NCBI GenBank assembly: GCA_049642065.1
Contig: JBAROK010000036.1
Location: 752-64,751, forward strand
Direction of reading: 5' to 3'
Source: Candidatus Omnitrophota bacterium
GTDB taxonomy: Bacteria > Omnitrophota > Gorgyraeia > Tantalellales > Tantalellaceae
Length of the DNA stretch: 64,000 bases
Positions 1 through 10,926 of this stretch are shown here, piece after piece. Position 1 is the first letter of the stretch; each line of letters opens with the position of its first letter. Under the pieces are notes generated by a model. That model was not told where the DNA came from and did not search any database. It saw only the letters and a program-made list of their open reading frames with translations. The position numbers and the translations under genes are program-made.

Positions 1-23
1 GCCAGGATCAAACTCTCCAATTT
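1..23 (-). rRNA. rrs: 16S rRNA, 5' end only; the gene continues beyond the window start
   Basis: Reverse complement of 1-30 reads AAATTGGAGAGTTTGATCCTGGC, the universal 16S 5' end (27F primer region). Confidence 0.8.
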
Positions 24-47
24 AATCTTGGTGAACCATACACTTTC

Positions 48-120
48 GGTTATTTAAATTCAAAGAACGATTTTAAACACAAAGAAACCCATTTAATGTT
101 ATGGATATTTTCATAACATT
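48..120 (-). promoter_or_regulatory. rRNA leader: two boxA-like TTCTTTG antitermination motifs plus a 9-bp leader hairpin at 95..120
   Basis: Minus-strand GGTTTCTTTGTGTTTAAAA and CGTTCTTTGAATTTAAATAACC resemble boxA. aatgttatg(95-103) pairs with cataacatt(112-120). Confidence 0.35.
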
Positions 121-248
121 AGCGGGGGCTTAGTGCTTCTTACTATATACTATCTTATGATTTAAGTATGCCCGGTAAACCAAGCATAGTCAAATCCATA
201 TAATATATCAAAGATATTTCAAAGAATAACGCCTATGGCGTAGATGAC

Positions 249-276
249 ATTCTACATGAATCCATAAAAATGTCAA
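249..276 (-). promoter_or_regulatory. Candidate sigma70 rrn promoter TTGACA-N16-TAGAAT with AT-rich UP-like tract at 277-295
   Basis: Minus strand reads TTGACAtttttatggattcatgTAGAAT, about 225 nt upstream of the 16S 5' end. Upstream sequence is AT-rich. Confidence 0.5.
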
Positions 277-295
277 ATACTATTTTAAAAAAATT

Positions 296-1573
296 TTAGG
301 CCCGGAAAACCTTGCCAAACTTGCGTTTGCCGACCTTGAGAATCATCCCAGCCCCACTCAGCGAGACCTCGGCAGCGGGATCGCTTACCTTCTCGCCGTC
401 CACAGAAACCGCGTTCTGGGTGATAAGTCTTCTGGCTTCGCTCTTTGAAGAAGCGAATCCTACCTCATTTACCAGCTCAACCAGCCCGATCGTACCCTTG
501 TCTATGGTAAATTCGGGCATCTCATCAGGCAGCTCTTTTTTAGCGAAAACAGCCTCAAATCCAGCCTTGGCTTTCTTTGCTTCGTCGGTGCCGTGATACT
601 CCGATACGATACTCTCAGCAAGGGTAGCTTTAACCTCTTTCGGATGAGCCTTCCCAGATTCAACATCCTTCTTTATAGATCCGTAATCGACGTCTGTGAG
701 AAGCTCGTAATACCGCCACATCAAATCATCCGAGACGGACATTATCTTACCGAACATCTCACCGGCAGGCTCGTTTATCCCGACGTAATTATCAAGAGAT
801 TTTGACATCTTCTCCACACCGTCAAGCCCTTCCAGAATAGGCATAGTTATTATTACCTGTGAGTCAAAGTTCATCGGATCTTTCTTCTTCTGCCCTATCG
901 TTTCACGGAAATTATCAACGCTTTTCTTTAGATAAGTAGCCATCTCCGCATCAGTACCGTAGTTCTTCTGGAGGCCTCTTCCCACGAGAAGGTTGAACTT
1001 CTGGTCGGTACCGCCAAGCTCAACGTCTGATTCCATTACTACCGAATCATACCCCTGAAGTAAGGGATATAAGAATTCCAGTATACTTATAGGTGCATTC
1101 GTTTTATACCTGTTAAGAAAATCATCCCGCTCGAGCATCCTTGCAACCGTGTATCTGGAGGCAAGATCAAACAGCCCTTCCTCGCCCAATTTAGCGCACC
1201 ATTTGGAATTGAAAACAACTTTGGTCTTATCTTTATCAAGTATCTTAAAGATCTGTTTTTTATAGGTCTTCGCGTTCTCTTTTACCTCTTCGGCAGTAAG
1301 CTGTTTTCTCACTTTCGACTGCCCCGAAGGGTCGCCTATACGGCCCGTAAAATCGCCTATAAGGAAACAAACGATATGACCTAAATCTTGAAAATGTTTC
1401 ATTTTACGCAGGAGCAGGGTATGTCCGAGATGTATATCCGGTGCGGACGGGTCAAACCCGGCTTTTATTATAAGGGGACGTTTGCTCGAAAGCTTTTTCT
1501 TAAGCTCATCAAGGCTTATTATCTCGTCAGTACCTCTCTGTATTAATTTGATTTGTTCGTCAATAGGTTTCAT
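296..1573 (-). CDS. tyrS: Tyrosine--tRNA ligase
   Basis: HLGH (HIGH) and KMSKS motifs; C-terminal S4-like domain; 425 aa. Confidence 0.95.
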   Translation of the reverse strand: MKPIDEQIKLIQRGTDEIISLDELKKKLSSKRPLIIKAGFDPSAPDIHLGHTLLLRKMKHFQDLGHIVCFLIGDFTGRIGDPSGQSKVRKQLTAEEVKENAKTYKKQIFKILDKDKTKVVFNSKWCAKLGEEGLFDLASRYTVARMLERDDFLNRYKTNAPISILEFLYPLLQGYDSVVMESDVELGGTDQKFNLLVGRGLQKNYGTDAEMATYLKKSVDNFRETIGQKKKDPMNFDSQVIITMPILEGLDGVEKMSKSLDNYVGINEPAGEMFGKIMSVSDDLMWRYYELLTDVDYGSIKKDVESGKAHPKEVKATLAESIVSEYHGTDEAKKAKAGFEAVFAKKELPDEMPEFTIDKGTIGLVELVNEVGFASSKSEARRLITQNAVSVDGEKVSDPAAEVSLSGAGMILKVGKRKFGKVFRA

Positions 1574-1597
1574 GATTGGGTCATTTTAACATAGATA

Positions 1598-2146
1598 TTA
1601 TTTTCTGTCAAAAAACGGGTTTTTGCCCGTCGCAGAGAGCGGTATACCAATAGCCTGGACGGCTTTTGTACCTAAAACTCCAGCTTCTATAGCCGCCCTG
1701 CCTATCGAATACATAAGGCGATTATCCACGTGATGTGAAGATGCAAAAGAAGCAGCCGACCCCAAAGCTATGCCCAGATCCATTGCTATGTACACACACG
1801 TGCCTTTTGTCTTTGCAAGATCCTTACAAGTCGGATACCCGCAGAACCCGCAATCTAATCCCAGAGTTGTTTTCTTTGCCGCAATCACGACTATATGATC
1901 CGTGTTCTTTATGCTATCCGCATCCCTTGCGCAGCTGGGCCTGTTATCGCGTTTTGCTATCTTTCCCATGCCCGAGATAACTTTCTTCTTGTCGGCTTTA
2001 CTAAGTATGGTCACTATAAGGTTATCCTGGCCTCTGGTCTTGGGAGCGGTCCTTGCTGCTACACACATGAATTCTGCAACATCTTTCAGGGCCTTATCTT
2101 TTATATCTTCATATTTCCTGGGCATTTCCCCCTCCTTGATTTTCAC
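1598..2146 (-). CDS. Cys-rich DUF2148-like (ferredoxin-domain) hypothetical protein
   Basis: CGFCGYPTC...C motif; 182 aa; resembles archaeal/clostridial DUF2148 metal-binding proteins. Confidence 0.5.
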   Translation of the reverse strand: MKIKEGEMPRKYEDIKDKALKDVAEFMCVAARTAPKTRGQDNLIVTILSKADKKKVISGMGKIAKRDNRPSCARDADSIKNTDHIVVIAAKKTTLGLDCGFCGYPTCKDLAKTKGTCVYIAMDLGIALGSAASFASSHHVDNRLMYSIGRAAIEAGVLGTKAVQAIGIPLSATGKNPFFDRK

Positions 2147-2204
2147 AAAAAAGGACGGCTAAGAAGCCGTCCTTTTCTTCACGCTTATAGATTAACGCTG
2201 AACG

Positions 2205-3914
2205 TTATTCTTTATTCTCTTCAGAAGCAACATCTCCGCCTTCTTCAGACTTCGGTTCTTCCTCAGCCGGTTTTTCTTCTGCAACAGGTTCAGTCTCAGC
2301 TTTAGGCTCTTCCTGAGCAGGAGCTTCCCCTTCAAGACCTTTCTGGCTAAGAGCTATCTTCTTCTGGACTCCGTCTATGTGAATGATCTTCACCTTAAGG
2401 ATATCGTCCACTTTGTACAGCTCTTCCATCCTTTGGTTCGCCTCAAGCTTGATCTCAGAAACATGAAGAAGCCCTTCAAGATCATCTTCAAGCTCCACGA
2501 AAATACCGAAATTGGTAATATTCGTTACCTTACCATCACAGACGGTATCCGGCTTGTATTTTTTGATTATCTCGTCCCAGGGATCCTGAGCTAGCTGCTT
2601 GATACCCAGAGCGATCCTTCTGTTCTGTTCGTCCACGTTCAGGATCATAGCTTCTATATCCTCACCCTTCTTGAGGATATCCTTAGGATGAGTCACCCTC
2701 TTTGTCCAGGAAAGGTCTGAGACATGCACAAGTCCTTCAACGCCTGTTTCCAGTTCTACGAAAGCTCCGTAATCCGTTACAGCGCTGATCTGCCCCTTAA
2801 CGCGATCGCCTACCTTGAACCTTTCTTCCACACCTTCCCATGGGTCAGCTTCGAGCTGCTTGACGCCAAGAGAAAGTTTTTGGTTGTCCCTATCGACCTT
2901 AAGAACCATGGCTTCAACACTATCTCCCAGCTGGAACTTTTCGGTGGGATGATTGAACTTCTTTGACCATGAGAACTCAGATATATGGATAAGGCCTTCG
3001 ATGCCTTTCTCCAGTTCGATGAAAACACCGTACGGCATTATATTTACCACCTTACCGGTAATAACGCTGCCTTCCTGAAATTTCTCTTCGATGTCCACCC
3101 ACGGATTAGCGGTCTTTTGTTTGAGTCCCAGTGAAACTTTTACGCTGGTTTTATCAAAATCCAGCACCTTAACTTCTACTTCATCACTTACTTTCACGAC
3201 CTCGTTCGGATGGTTTATACGTCCCCAACTCATATCGGTAATATGCAAAAGGCCCGTTATGCCTCCGCCTATATCGATAAAAGCTCCGAAATCGGTTATG
3301 TTACGTACTATACCTTGTACAAGGTCACCTTTATTGAGACCTTCAAGTATAGCGCGTTTTTCATCCTGTCGTTTTTCCTCAACTATTTCCTTGCGAGATA
3401 GAACTATGTTCTTGCGAGGAATGTTTATTTTTACTATCTTGAACCTCATCTTCTGGCCCACTATGCTGTCGGGTCCCCCGAAATCCTGCATCATGGACAA
3501 ACTGGCCGGCAGAAAAGCATCCATGCCGACATCGACCATAAAGCCTCCTCTGACTTTCTTGAAGACCTTACCTTCAATCACATCGCCTTCTTTATGGTTC
3601 TCGACGATGTTCTGCCACCCTTTGAACCTCTTAGCCTTTTCGTGAGAAAGAACGACCATGCCCATATCATTTTCCTTAGCTTCCAGCATGACGTCTATCT
3701 CGTCACCGACTTTCAGTTCATTTGCATCGGATACTTCAGACTTTAGTATGACCCCTTCCGATTTATACCCTACATCGACGAGGATCTCCTTTTCTCCGAT
3801 TTGAACGATCTTACCTCTGATGATCTGCCCTTCCTGTACATCCTTGATGCTCTCCTCGTACAGCCTCATCATTTCATCGTTCGGTTGTTTGTTCTCTCTT
3901 TCCAATACCATCAC
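2205..3914 (-). CDS. rpsA: 30S ribosomal protein S1, with an acidic/Pro-rich C-terminal tail
   Basis: Six S1 repeats. Start taken as GTG at 3912-3914 (AGAAGGAG RBS 9 nt upstream); TTG at 3923 or ATG at 3911 are also possible. Confidence 0.9.
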   Translation of the reverse strand: MMVLERENKQPNDEMMRLYEESIKDVQEGQIIRGKIVQIGEKEILVDVGYKSEGVILKSEVSDANELKVGDEIDVMLEAKENDMGMVVLSHEKAKRFKGWQNIVENHKEGDVIEGKVFKKVRGGFMVDVGMDAFLPASLSMMQDFGGPDSIVGQKMRFKIVKINIPRKNIVLSRKEIVEEKRQDEKRAILEGLNKGDLVQGIVRNITDFGAFIDIGGGITGLLHITDMSWGRINHPNEVVKVSDEVEVKVLDFDKTSVKVSLGLKQKTANPWVDIEEKFQEGSVITGKVVNIMPYGVFIELEKGIEGLIHISEFSWSKKFNHPTEKFQLGDSVEAMVLKVDRDNQKLSLGVKQLEADPWEGVEERFKVGDRVKGQISAVTDYGAFVELETGVEGLVHVSDLSWTKRVTHPKDILKKGEDIEAMILNVDEQNRRIALGIKQLAQDPWDEIIKKYKPDTVCDGKVTNITNFGIFVELEDDLEGLLHVSEIKLEANQRMEELYKVDDILKVKIIHIDGVQKKIALSQKGLEGEAPAQEEPKAETEPVAEEKPAEEEPKSEEGGDVASEENKE

Positions 3915-3951
3915 ACTAACCAACTCCTTCTCTATAGATTTTCGAACTCAT

Positions 3952-3980
3952 ATTTTACCTTTTTTCGCGAAAAGATTCAA
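3952..3980 (-). promoter_or_regulatory. Candidate rpsA promoter TTGAAT-N17-TAAAAT
   Basis: Minus strand reads cattgaatcttttcgcgaaaaaaggTAAAAT. Spacer contains the palindrome TTTTCGCGAAAA. Confidence 0.4.
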
Positions 3981-4056
3981 TGTTTTTTTCCGTAAATGCG
4001 CATCAGCATTTAGGCTACGTCAAAATATGCTTTTTTTGATAGATCTAGCAGCTTCC

Positions 4057-4692
4057 TTAAAGGGTTATCCTGCCTTCTTCTAAGTCTTTTTTAAGATCCC
4101 CTATCCTATCCATGACCAGGCTGGAAACTGTTTCGTAATCCTTACGATCCGGACCGGCTACCCTCAAATATTCTTCGGGCGATATAGGTTTACCTATGAT
4201 CGCTCCCGCTTTGGTCCCGAACACAACGCCCTTGCCTTTCGGGAAAGCTTTAGCGGAACCGTAAACAAAGACAGGGACCACAGGTACCTCGGCTTTTACC
4301 ATCAAAAACCCCGTACCGATCTTTGCTTCCTGAAGACTGCCGTCTTCTGATCGCGTCCCCTCCGGGAATACACCTACTACACATCCCTTTTTCAACCGCC
4401 GCAGAGCTTCTTTTATGCCCTTAACGGCATTCTTACCTCGCTTAGTAGGTATACAACGCACGTTCCTGGTCCAGAAACCTATTATGGGATGATCAAAAAG
4501 TTCCTGTTTCGCCATGAAGTTTACCGGATATTTCCGACAGGCAAGAGCGACCATTGGAGGATCCATTAAGCTAGCATGATTTGACGTTATTATGAACGGC
4601 GGTTTGGGAAGGTTTTCTTGTCCAAATACACGGATCTTGAGCATTATTTTTAAAGAGAGTATGAATATTTCCCTAGAAATATAAAACAACAT
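4057..4692 (-). CDS. plsC: 1-acyl-sn-glycerol-3-phosphate acyltransferase
   Basis: NHASLMD (HX4D) and FPEGTRS acyltransferase motifs. Confidence 0.85.
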   Translation of the reverse strand: MLFYISREIFILSLKIMLKIRVFGQENLPKPPFIITSNHASLMDPPMVALACRKYPVNFMAKQELFDHPIIGFWTRNVRCIPTKRGKNAVKGIKEALRRLKKGCVVGVFPEGTRSEDGSLQEAKIGTGFLMVKAEVPVVPVFVYGSAKAFPKGKGVVFGTKAGAIIGKPISPEEYLRVAGPDRKDYETVSSLVMDRIGDLKKDLEEGRITL

Positions 4693-4694
4693 AT

Positions 4695-5387
4695 CTACTT
4701 CGCGTTAACATACTGAACGATCTTTGTAACAACTTCTTCAATAGAAAGATCGGTAGTATCGATAAATATCGCATCCTCTGCTTTTTTTAAAGGCCCTACT
4801 TTTCGTGTCTTATCCGTATGGTCCCTCTGTTTAAGATCATCAGTAACTTCAGCCCGCGTGATAGGATGTCCTTTAGCACGCATTTCGGCTAGTCTACGTT
4901 CTACTCTTTCATCGAAAGAGGCATCAACATAAAATTTGTGCTTAGCGTTTGGTAGGACTACAGTCCCGATATCCCGCCCTTCCATTACGATACCGTTCAT
5001 ATCACCGGCCATATGTCTCTGCAGGCCTACACAATTTTCTCTTACAGCAGGTATCTTGCAAACATGTTTAACGTTCGTGGTCACTTCCATCTTGCGTATA
5101 TCTTTAGTTATATCTTCACCATCCAAAACAACACGGATAAACTTCTTCCCGTCTTTTTCATCCGGAACAAGTGCAAAGTTCAGCTCGGAAGATAGTTTTA
5201 TTATCTCGTCCTCATCCCCCAGATCAATGTTCTTCCTCATTACCTTAAGAGTAAGTGCCCTGTACATGGCCCCGGTGTCGATGTAAATATACCCCAGGCG
5301 ATCGGCAACAAGCCTGGATACCGTACTCTTACCACTACCGGCCGGACCGTCTATAGCAACTGCTTTGGCATTCTTAAATAATTTCAT
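4695..5387 (-). CDS. cmk: Cytidylate kinase
   Basis: P-loop AIDGPAGSGKST; classic cmk-rpsA linkage. Confidence 0.9.
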   Translation of the reverse strand: MKLFKNAKAVAIDGPAGSGKSTVSRLVADRLGYIYIDTGAMYRALTLKVMRKNIDLGDEDEIIKLSSELNFALVPDEKDGKKFIRVVLDGEDITKDIRKMEVTTNVKHVCKIPAVRENCVGLQRHMAGDMNGIVMEGRDIGTVVLPNAKHKFYVDASFDERVERRLAEMRAKGHPITRAEVTDDLKQRDHTDKTRKVGPLKKAEDAIFIDTTDLSIEEVVTKIVQYVNAK

Positions 5388-6225
5388 CTCTTTTCTTCTT
5401 GTAACTTTCCAGTTTTTTCTTAAGATCCTCTCCGCTTTTATCCCGGATATCCTTCTCGATCCCGGAAAGTATCTCTTTATACCGCTCTATCGATCTCAAC
5501 ACGTTATCACGATTACTAATAAAAATATCACTCCATAACGTAGCATCCGATGCTGCTATCCTTGTAGTATCCTTGAAACCAGTAGCAACCATGCTTAAGG
5601 GAACTCTTTCCTCCAGAGCGCCTGCCAGAGCATAAGCTACAACATGCGGAAGGTGGCTGGAAAAAGCTAGATACTCATCATGTTTCTCGGGAGCAAGCTC
5701 TACTACCTTTGCACCTGTCTCTTCCCATAGCCCTTTAAGCTTGTTCTTACTGTCCTCCGGTGTATCAATAGTCGGCGTCAAGATACATACTGACCCTTCA
5801 AAAAGTTCAGGTGAAGAAAATTCTACCCCGGCTTTTTCGGATCCGGCAAGCGGATGTCCTCCCACAAAAACGAATTTATCTTTGAAGGAGTCCGCATACT
5901 CAACTATCTCTTTCTTGGTGCTTCCCACATCAGTGACCACTACATCCGGTGAATCTACCGTACAAGCTAACTTTTCCAACACTTCCCGTATGGTGTGCAC
6001 CGGCGTCGCTATAAAAATAATGTCAGCTCCGGAAATCGCTTCTTCATAACTGTTAACGAACCCGTGCGTAAAGGCTTTTTCTTTTATGGCTCTGTCGAGT
6101 GAAGATTGTCTGCGGCATATGCCCACGACTTCCTCGGCCAGCCCCTTCTTCAGGAGAGCTTTGCCGAGAGATCCTCCTATGAGGCCTGTTCCTATAATAA
6201 CTACTTTTTTAAATTTCATAGCCAT
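5374..6225 (-). CDS. tyrA: Prephenate dehydrogenase
   Basis: Rossmann motif VVIIGTGLIGGSLG. Start taken at MAMKF (ATG 6223-6225) rather than the longer ORF. Confidence 0.85.
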   Translation of the reverse strand: MAMKFKKVVIIGTGLIGGSLGKALLKKGLAEEVVGICRRQSSLDRAIKEKAFTHGFVNSYEEAISGADIIFIATPVHTIREVLEKLACTVDSPDVVVTDVGSTKKEIVEYADSFKDKFVFVGGHPLAGSEKAGVEFSSPELFEGSVCILTPTIDTPEDSKNKLKGLWEETGAKVVELAPEKHDEYLAFSSHLPHVVAYALAGALEERVPLSMVATGFKDTTRIAASDATLWSDIFISNRDNVLRSIERYKEILSGIEKDIRDKSGEDLKKKLESYKKKRDEII

Positions 6226-6241
6226 TCTCTCTTCTTGCTTT

Positions 6242-7261
6242 TTACCAGATTTCTCTACCCACTGCTTCTGCGACCTTTGATGCATCTTGCATAAGCTTTT
6301 CGAACTTTTCCGGCAATAGAGATTGATCTCCATCTGAGAATGCGTCTTCCGGAACCGGATGGACTTCTATCATAAGGCCATCAGCTCCGGCTGCTATCGC
6401 CGCGCACGACATGGTGCTCACCATTCCCCACCTACCGGTACCATGTGATGGATCTACAACCACTGGAAGATGAGTAAGACTCTTAAGCGCAGGTACGGCA
6501 TTTAAGTCCAGGGTGAACCGGGTGAAATCCTCAAATGTTCTTATCCCTCTTTCACAAAGTATTACCTGTGAATTGCCGCCTGCCAGAATATATTCAGCGC
6601 TCATAAGAAACTCTTTTATTGTATTCGCAATCCCTCTCTTCAATAAAACAGGTTTACGCATTTTACCTACTTCTTTGAGAAGGTTGAAATTCTGCATATT
6701 CCTGGCACCTATCTGGATAATATCCACGTATTTTTCGAACATTTCCACATGCCGCGGATCCATAAGTTCAGATACGACCAGAAGTCCCGTTTTCTCCCTG
6801 GCTTCAGCCATATATTTTAGGCCTTCTTCTCCAAGTCCCTGAAAACTGTATGGACTGGTCCTTGGTTTGAACGCACCACCCCTAAGAGCAACAGCACCCG
6901 ACTTGCGAACGGATTCAGCCGTATCCATAAGCATTTCTTTAGTCTCAACGGAACACGGTCCGGCCATGACCACCAGTTTCTGACCACCGATCACTATGCC
7001 CTTGCCTAGATCGAACTGGCTTGGTTCCGGCTTATATTCTAAGGATGCCAGTTTATACGGCTTTAAAATAGGCAGGACCTTCTCTACTCCCGGTACACCT
7101 TCAAGCGGTATCACTCTTAAGACATCCTCTTCACCAATAACCCCTATAATTGAACGCTCTACACCTTCGGATAACCAGGGTTTTAATCCCAGACTCTCAA
7201 TCTTATCCATTAAATGATTTACTTGCTCTTTTGTAGCGTTGGGTTTTAGTACTATTATCAT
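6242..7261 (-). CDS. aroF: 3-deoxy-7-phosphoheptulonate (DAHP) synthase, type Ibeta, with N-terminal regulatory domain
   Basis: GPCSVE motif; ~70-aa N-terminal ferredoxin-like extension as in Thermotoga-type DAHPS; sits in the aromatic operon. Confidence 0.85.
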   Translation of the reverse strand: MIIVLKPNATKEQVNHLMDKIESLGLKPWLSEGVERSIIGVIGEEDVLRVIPLEGVPGVEKVLPILKPYKLASLEYKPEPSQFDLGKGIVIGGQKLVVMAGPCSVETKEMLMDTAESVRKSGAVALRGGAFKPRTSPYSFQGLGEEGLKYMAEAREKTGLLVVSELMDPRHVEMFEKYVDIIQIGARNMQNFNLLKEVGKMRKPVLLKRGIANTIKEFLMSAEYILAGGNSQVILCERGIRTFEDFTRFTLDLNAVPALKSLTHLPVVVDPSHGTGRWGMVSTMSCAAIAAGADGLMIEVHPVPEDAFSDGDQSLLPEKFEKLMQDASKVAEAVGREIW

Positions 7262-8412
7262 GCTGTCTCCTTAATTTCAGGTATTTCCTTCAAAACTTCC
7301 TCGAACGCTTTGAGGAACATTTCGTTCTCTTCAGGTAATCCTATGTTCACCCGTATACAACCCTTAAGCCCCCAAGGCGAGATGTCGCGTATTATAACTC
7401 CCTTCTTGAGAATAGCCTCAAAAACCTGAGTAGAATCACGGTTCGTTTCAAGAAGTATGAAATTTGTCTTACTCGGTATATATTTTATCCCGAGAGAATC
7501 GAATTTCTTATAAAGTTTTTCTTTCCCCTCCCGGATCAGAGCCACTGACGCATCCCGATATTCATCATCATCAAGAGCTGCTATGGCCGCTGCTTGCGCG
7601 AGAGAATTTACATTGAACGGCTCTCTCGCTTTATTGATGGCCATCATCAAATCTTTTCTCGCTATACCATATCCCACACGAAGACCGGCAAGACCGTATG
7701 CCTTCGAAAAAGTCCTGGTTATAATTATGTTGCGGTCTTCCCGCTTTATAAGACCGATAGATTCAGGATAATCACCACCAACAGCAAATTCGTAATACGC
7801 CTCATCCAGAAAAATGAGAATATCTTTTGGCACTTTTTCTATAAACTCATCAAGTTCTTGTTGCGTCACATAGCTCCCGGTAGGGTTGTCCGGATTGGCA
7901 ATAAAAATAACCTTGGTCCTGCTATTAACAGCTTTAAGCATACCCTTAAGATCGTATTTATAATCTTTTAAAGGCACAAGCCGTACCTTAGCCCCTGCTA
8001 TTACAGAAGCTAACCTGTAGATCAGAAATGTCGGATCCGCAATGACAACTTCGTCTCCACGTTCAACGAACGCGCGTAATGCCAGTGAAATGAGCTCGTC
8101 AGACCCGTTACCAAAAATAAGATTATCTTCATCAATAGATAATTTTTCGCTCAGTGCTTTCCTGAGATAAAAGCACCAGCCATCTGGATACCTATTGACT
8201 TTTTTTGCTTCTGAAGCGATCGCTTCAACAACTTTCGGCGATGGATCCATCGCGTTCTCGTTTGAAGCAAGCTTGACAACATTGTCCAGCCCTAGCTCCC
8301 GTTTTACTTCCTCTATAGGTTTGCCGGGCTTATATATCGGGATAAAATTGATTATTTTCCGCCAAGGAGTCTTTGTTACGCATATTTTTAAAAGTTCCCA
8401 CATATTCTTCAT
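7258..8412 (-). CDS. hisC: Histidinol-phosphate/aromatic aminotransferase (class II)
   Basis: N-terminal PYxPGKP...NENxxxP and NPDNPTG motifs; located within the phe/tyr cluster. Confidence 0.8.
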   Translation of the reverse strand: MKNMWELLKICVTKTPWRKIINFIPIYKPGKPIEEVKRELGLDNVVKLASNENAMDPSPKVVEAIASEAKKVNRYPDGWCFYLRKALSEKLSIDEDNLIFGNGSDELISLALRAFVERGDEVVIADPTFLIYRLASVIAGAKVRLVPLKDYKYDLKGMLKAVNSRTKVIFIANPDNPTGSYVTQQELDEFIEKVPKDILIFLDEAYYEFAVGGDYPESIGLIKREDRNIIITRTFSKAYGLAGLRVGYGIARKDLMMAINKAREPFNVNSLAQAAAIAALDDDEYRDASVALIREGKEKLYKKFDSLGIKYIPSKTNFILLETNRDSTQVFEAILKKGVIIRDISPWGLKGCIRVNIGLPEENEMFLKAFEEVLKEIPEIKETA

Positions 8413-8423
8413 GCTCGCAATCC

Positions 8424-9497
8424 TTATCTACCCTTGGGGTAAGATCCAAGGATCTTAACAAAATGACATTTGTTCTCCAGGTCCTCAAACGCCTTTTTCA
8501 CCTTAGGCGCGTTGCAATGGCCTTCAAGGTCGATGAAGAAATAATATTTCCAAGCCCTCATTTTTGAAGGCCTGGACTCGATTTTAGTAAGGTTGATCTT
8601 CCTGTTCTTGAAAGAGCTCAGCATATCATGCAAAACTCCGGGCCTGTCTTTTACGGAGAACATTATCGATGTTTTGTCGGAACCGGAGATCTTGCTCATA
8701 TGCTTTCCAATAACAAGGAACCTGGTCACGTTAGTAGATGAATCTTCAATGGACCTGGCAATGATCTTTAGTTTGTTTTTCTTAGCTGCCAATTCACTCG
8801 CTATACAGGCTGAATCTGACCGCTCGGAAATTATTTCCGCAGCCTTCGCCGTTGAAGCACAATCATAAAGAACAGCTTTAGGAAAATTTTTCTCGATCCA
8901 AGCGCGACACTGCCCGAAAACCTCGGACTTCGAATAAATCCTTTTTATGGATTTTTTGTCGCTTTTCCTGCCGAGAAGACTGTGCTTGATCGGAAGATAT
9001 ATTTCCGAACAGATCATAAGCTGAGAATCTACGAACATATCAAGGGTATGGTTTACGGCTCCTTCGCTTGAATTTTCAATCGGTACCACTCCATAATCCG
9101 CATTATCTTTCTCTACCTCACGAAACACGTCCGAAATACTGTCACAGGACAAGTACTTCACGCTTGATCCGAACTTTTTTAAGGAAGCCTGGTTCGTGAA
9201 CGTAAGTTCAGGGCCAAGATACGCTACTTTTGTCGGATGTTCCAAAGAAAGACAAGCCGACATAATCTCAGCGTATATGGCTTTCATAGATTCACTCGAT
9301 ATGGGCCCTTTATTGCTTTTGGACACTCCGGCGTATACATGGCTCTCCCTATCAGGGCTGTAAAGAGGCTGTTTCCCGGCTTTTTTTAGCTCGCCGATAG
9401 AACGGCTTACTTTTCCCCTCTTGTTTATCAGTTCCACTATGCGGGAATCTATTTTATCAATCTCTTTTCTCAGATCACTCAGCTTTTTCGGGCTCAT
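8424..9497 (-). CDS. pheA: Chorismate mutase / prephenate dehydratase (P-protein)
   Basis: N-terminal CM helix (LRKEIDKIDSRIVELI), PDT domain, C-terminal ACT domain. Confidence 0.9.
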   Translation of the reverse strand: MSPKKLSDLRKEIDKIDSRIVELINKRGKVSRSIGELKKAGKQPLYSPDRESHVYAGVSKSNKGPISSESMKAIYAEIMSACLSLEHPTKVAYLGPELTFTNQASLKKFGSSVKYLSCDSISDVFREVEKDNADYGVVPIENSSEGAVNHTLDMFVDSQLMICSEIYLPIKHSLLGRKSDKKSIKRIYSKSEVFGQCRAWIEKNFPKAVLYDCASTAKAAEIISERSDSACIASELAAKKNKLKIIARSIEDSSTNVTRFLVIGKHMSKISGSDKTSIMFSVKDRPGVLHDMLSSFKNRKINLTKIESRPSKMRAWKYYFFIDLEGHCNAPKVKKAFEDLENKCHFVKILGSYPKGR

Positions 9498-10173
9498 TGT
9501 CTGACTCCTTTACTGTAGCTTCTTCCGGTTCACTAGCGCTACTCTCCAAAACCTCTTGATTGTCGGGTACCGGTGATACAGCCTCCTCGTTATCCACCAC
9601 TTCCTGGGGCTTGCCGTATTCAAGATCCTCTTCGCTGAAATCCCTTAAAAGCGGAAGATCATCCAGAGAATTCAAACCGAATATCTCAAGGAATTTTTGA
9701 GTGGTCCCGTACACAAGTGGCCGGCCTATAACGTCTTTTCTGCCTTTGACCTGTATAAGTTCTTTATCTAAAAGGGTTTGGAGAACACCACCTATATTCA
9801 CACCGCGTACGCTTTCTACTTCGGCCCTGGTAGCTGGTTGCTTATAAGCGATTATAGCGAGAGTCTCAAGCGAAGGACCGGTAAGCCTATCCACTTGCTT
9901 CTGGTAAAGATTGCCTATCCAGGGCATATACTCCGGCTTAGAAACTATACAACACCTACCGGCGATCTCGGCTATATTGAACGCTCTTGTTTCCCCAGAA
10001 TATTCTTCCTTTAACCGACGGATACCTTCTTCAATATCTTTAGCGTCTGCAGTATCTATCGCAGCCCTTAACTCTTCCCTGCTCAACCCCTGTTCAGAAA
10101 CAATAAGTAGCGCTTCGATTATATTCTTTATCTTTTCGCTATTTTCCATTTTCTCCTCTACCTTGTTATTCAC
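9475..10173 (-). CDS. scpB: Segregation and condensation protein B, with acidic C-terminal tail
   Basis: ScpB winged-helix signature GRPLVYGTTQKFLEIFGL. Start may instead be the second Met. Confidence 0.85.
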   Translation of the reverse strand: MNNKVEEKMENSEKIKNIIEALLIVSEQGLSREELRAAIDTADAKDIEEGIRRLKEEYSGETRAFNIAEIAGRCCIVSKPEYMPWIGNLYQKQVDRLTGPSLETLAIIAYKQPATRAEVESVRGVNIGGVLQTLLDKELIQVKGRKDVIGRPLVYGTTQKFLEIFGLNSLDDLPLLRDFSEEDLEYGKPQEVVDNEEAVSPVPDNQEVLESSASEPEEATVKESDNEPEKAE

Positions 10174-10915
10174 TCTTTGTATCGTTTTTTACCAGTTCCG
10201 GATTCCTGAGGATCTCTATATCCTCGAACGGACCTGTCTGCGCTACAAAGACCTCTCTCATCTTTATAAGTTCCAGTATGGCCAGGAATATTACTATAAC
10301 CTCATCCTTACCCTCGGCCTTATCAAACAATGACGAAAAATACATTTTCGGTTCCTTGGCCAGAATGTGATATATCTCGTGTATCTTATCACTGACCGTG
10401 AACTCGTTCTTTATGACCTTATGGAACGTCTTTTTAGGAACGGTCGTAAGTATCTTCCTGAAAGCCGTTATAAGATCGAACAGGCTTGCTTCAAAATATT
10501 CTGTGCCGTCATCTGAAACTATCTTTCCTTTATCGCCTTCGCCTCTTCTAAGGAACAGGCTCTTATGTTCCTCATGCATCGTCTGCAGATGAGAAGCCGC
10601 TTCCTTATATTTTTTGTATTCCAGCAGTCTCCTTACGAGCTCATCCCTGGGATCTTCTTCCTCTTCAACTTCTTCGTCCGTCTCATCGGGAGGCAGGAGC
10701 ATTTTGCTCTTAATGTGTATCAAAGTGGCCGCCATCACCAGGAATTCCCCAGCTATCTCGAGATCGAGCATTTTCATAAGATCCATGTAATCCAGATACT
10801 GCTGGGTAACTTTCGCTATAGGGATATCATAGATATCGATCTTATCCCTTTTTATAAGGAACAGTAAGAGATCGAGTGGTCCTTCGAATATATTGAGTTT
10901 TACTTTATAAGACAT
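10166..10915 (-). CDS. scpA: Segregation and condensation protein A
   Basis: N-terminal LNIFEGPLDLLLFLI motif. Confidence 0.85.
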   Translation of the reverse strand: MSYKVKLNIFEGPLDLLLFLIKRDKIDIYDIPIAKVTQQYLDYMDLMKMLDLEIAGEFLVMAATLIHIKSKMLLPPDETDEEVEEEEDPRDELVRRLLEYKKYKEAASHLQTMHEEHKSLFLRRGEGDKGKIVSDDGTEYFEASLFDLITAFRKILTTVPKKTFHKVIKNEFTVSDKIHEIYHILAKEPKMYFSSLFDKAEGKDEVIVIFLAILELIKMREVFVAQTGPFEDIEILRNPELVKNDTKSE

Positions 10916-10926
10916 ATCTTTGGCTA

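Noticed and set aside
296-345. Possible tyrS terminator hairpin GGCAAAC-gcaa-GTTTGGC inside the last codons
   Set aside because: The stem has a mismatch, the following U-tract is only 4 nt, and it lies within coding sequence. Too weak to call.
1574-1597. Looked for T-box leaders upstream of tyrS, trpS and proS, and for a preQ1 riboswitch upstream of queD
   Set aside because: Upstream gaps are only 9-34 bp. There is no room for a T-box or riboswitch, and no specifier or antiterminator structures are seen.
3091-3645. 184-aa plus-strand ORF, among many other 60-260-aa plus-strand ORFs across the window
   Set aside because: All are embedded antisense in strongly supported minus-strand genes (rpsA here). 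They have no RBS, no domain signatures and hydrophobic or low-complexity composition typical of antisense frames.
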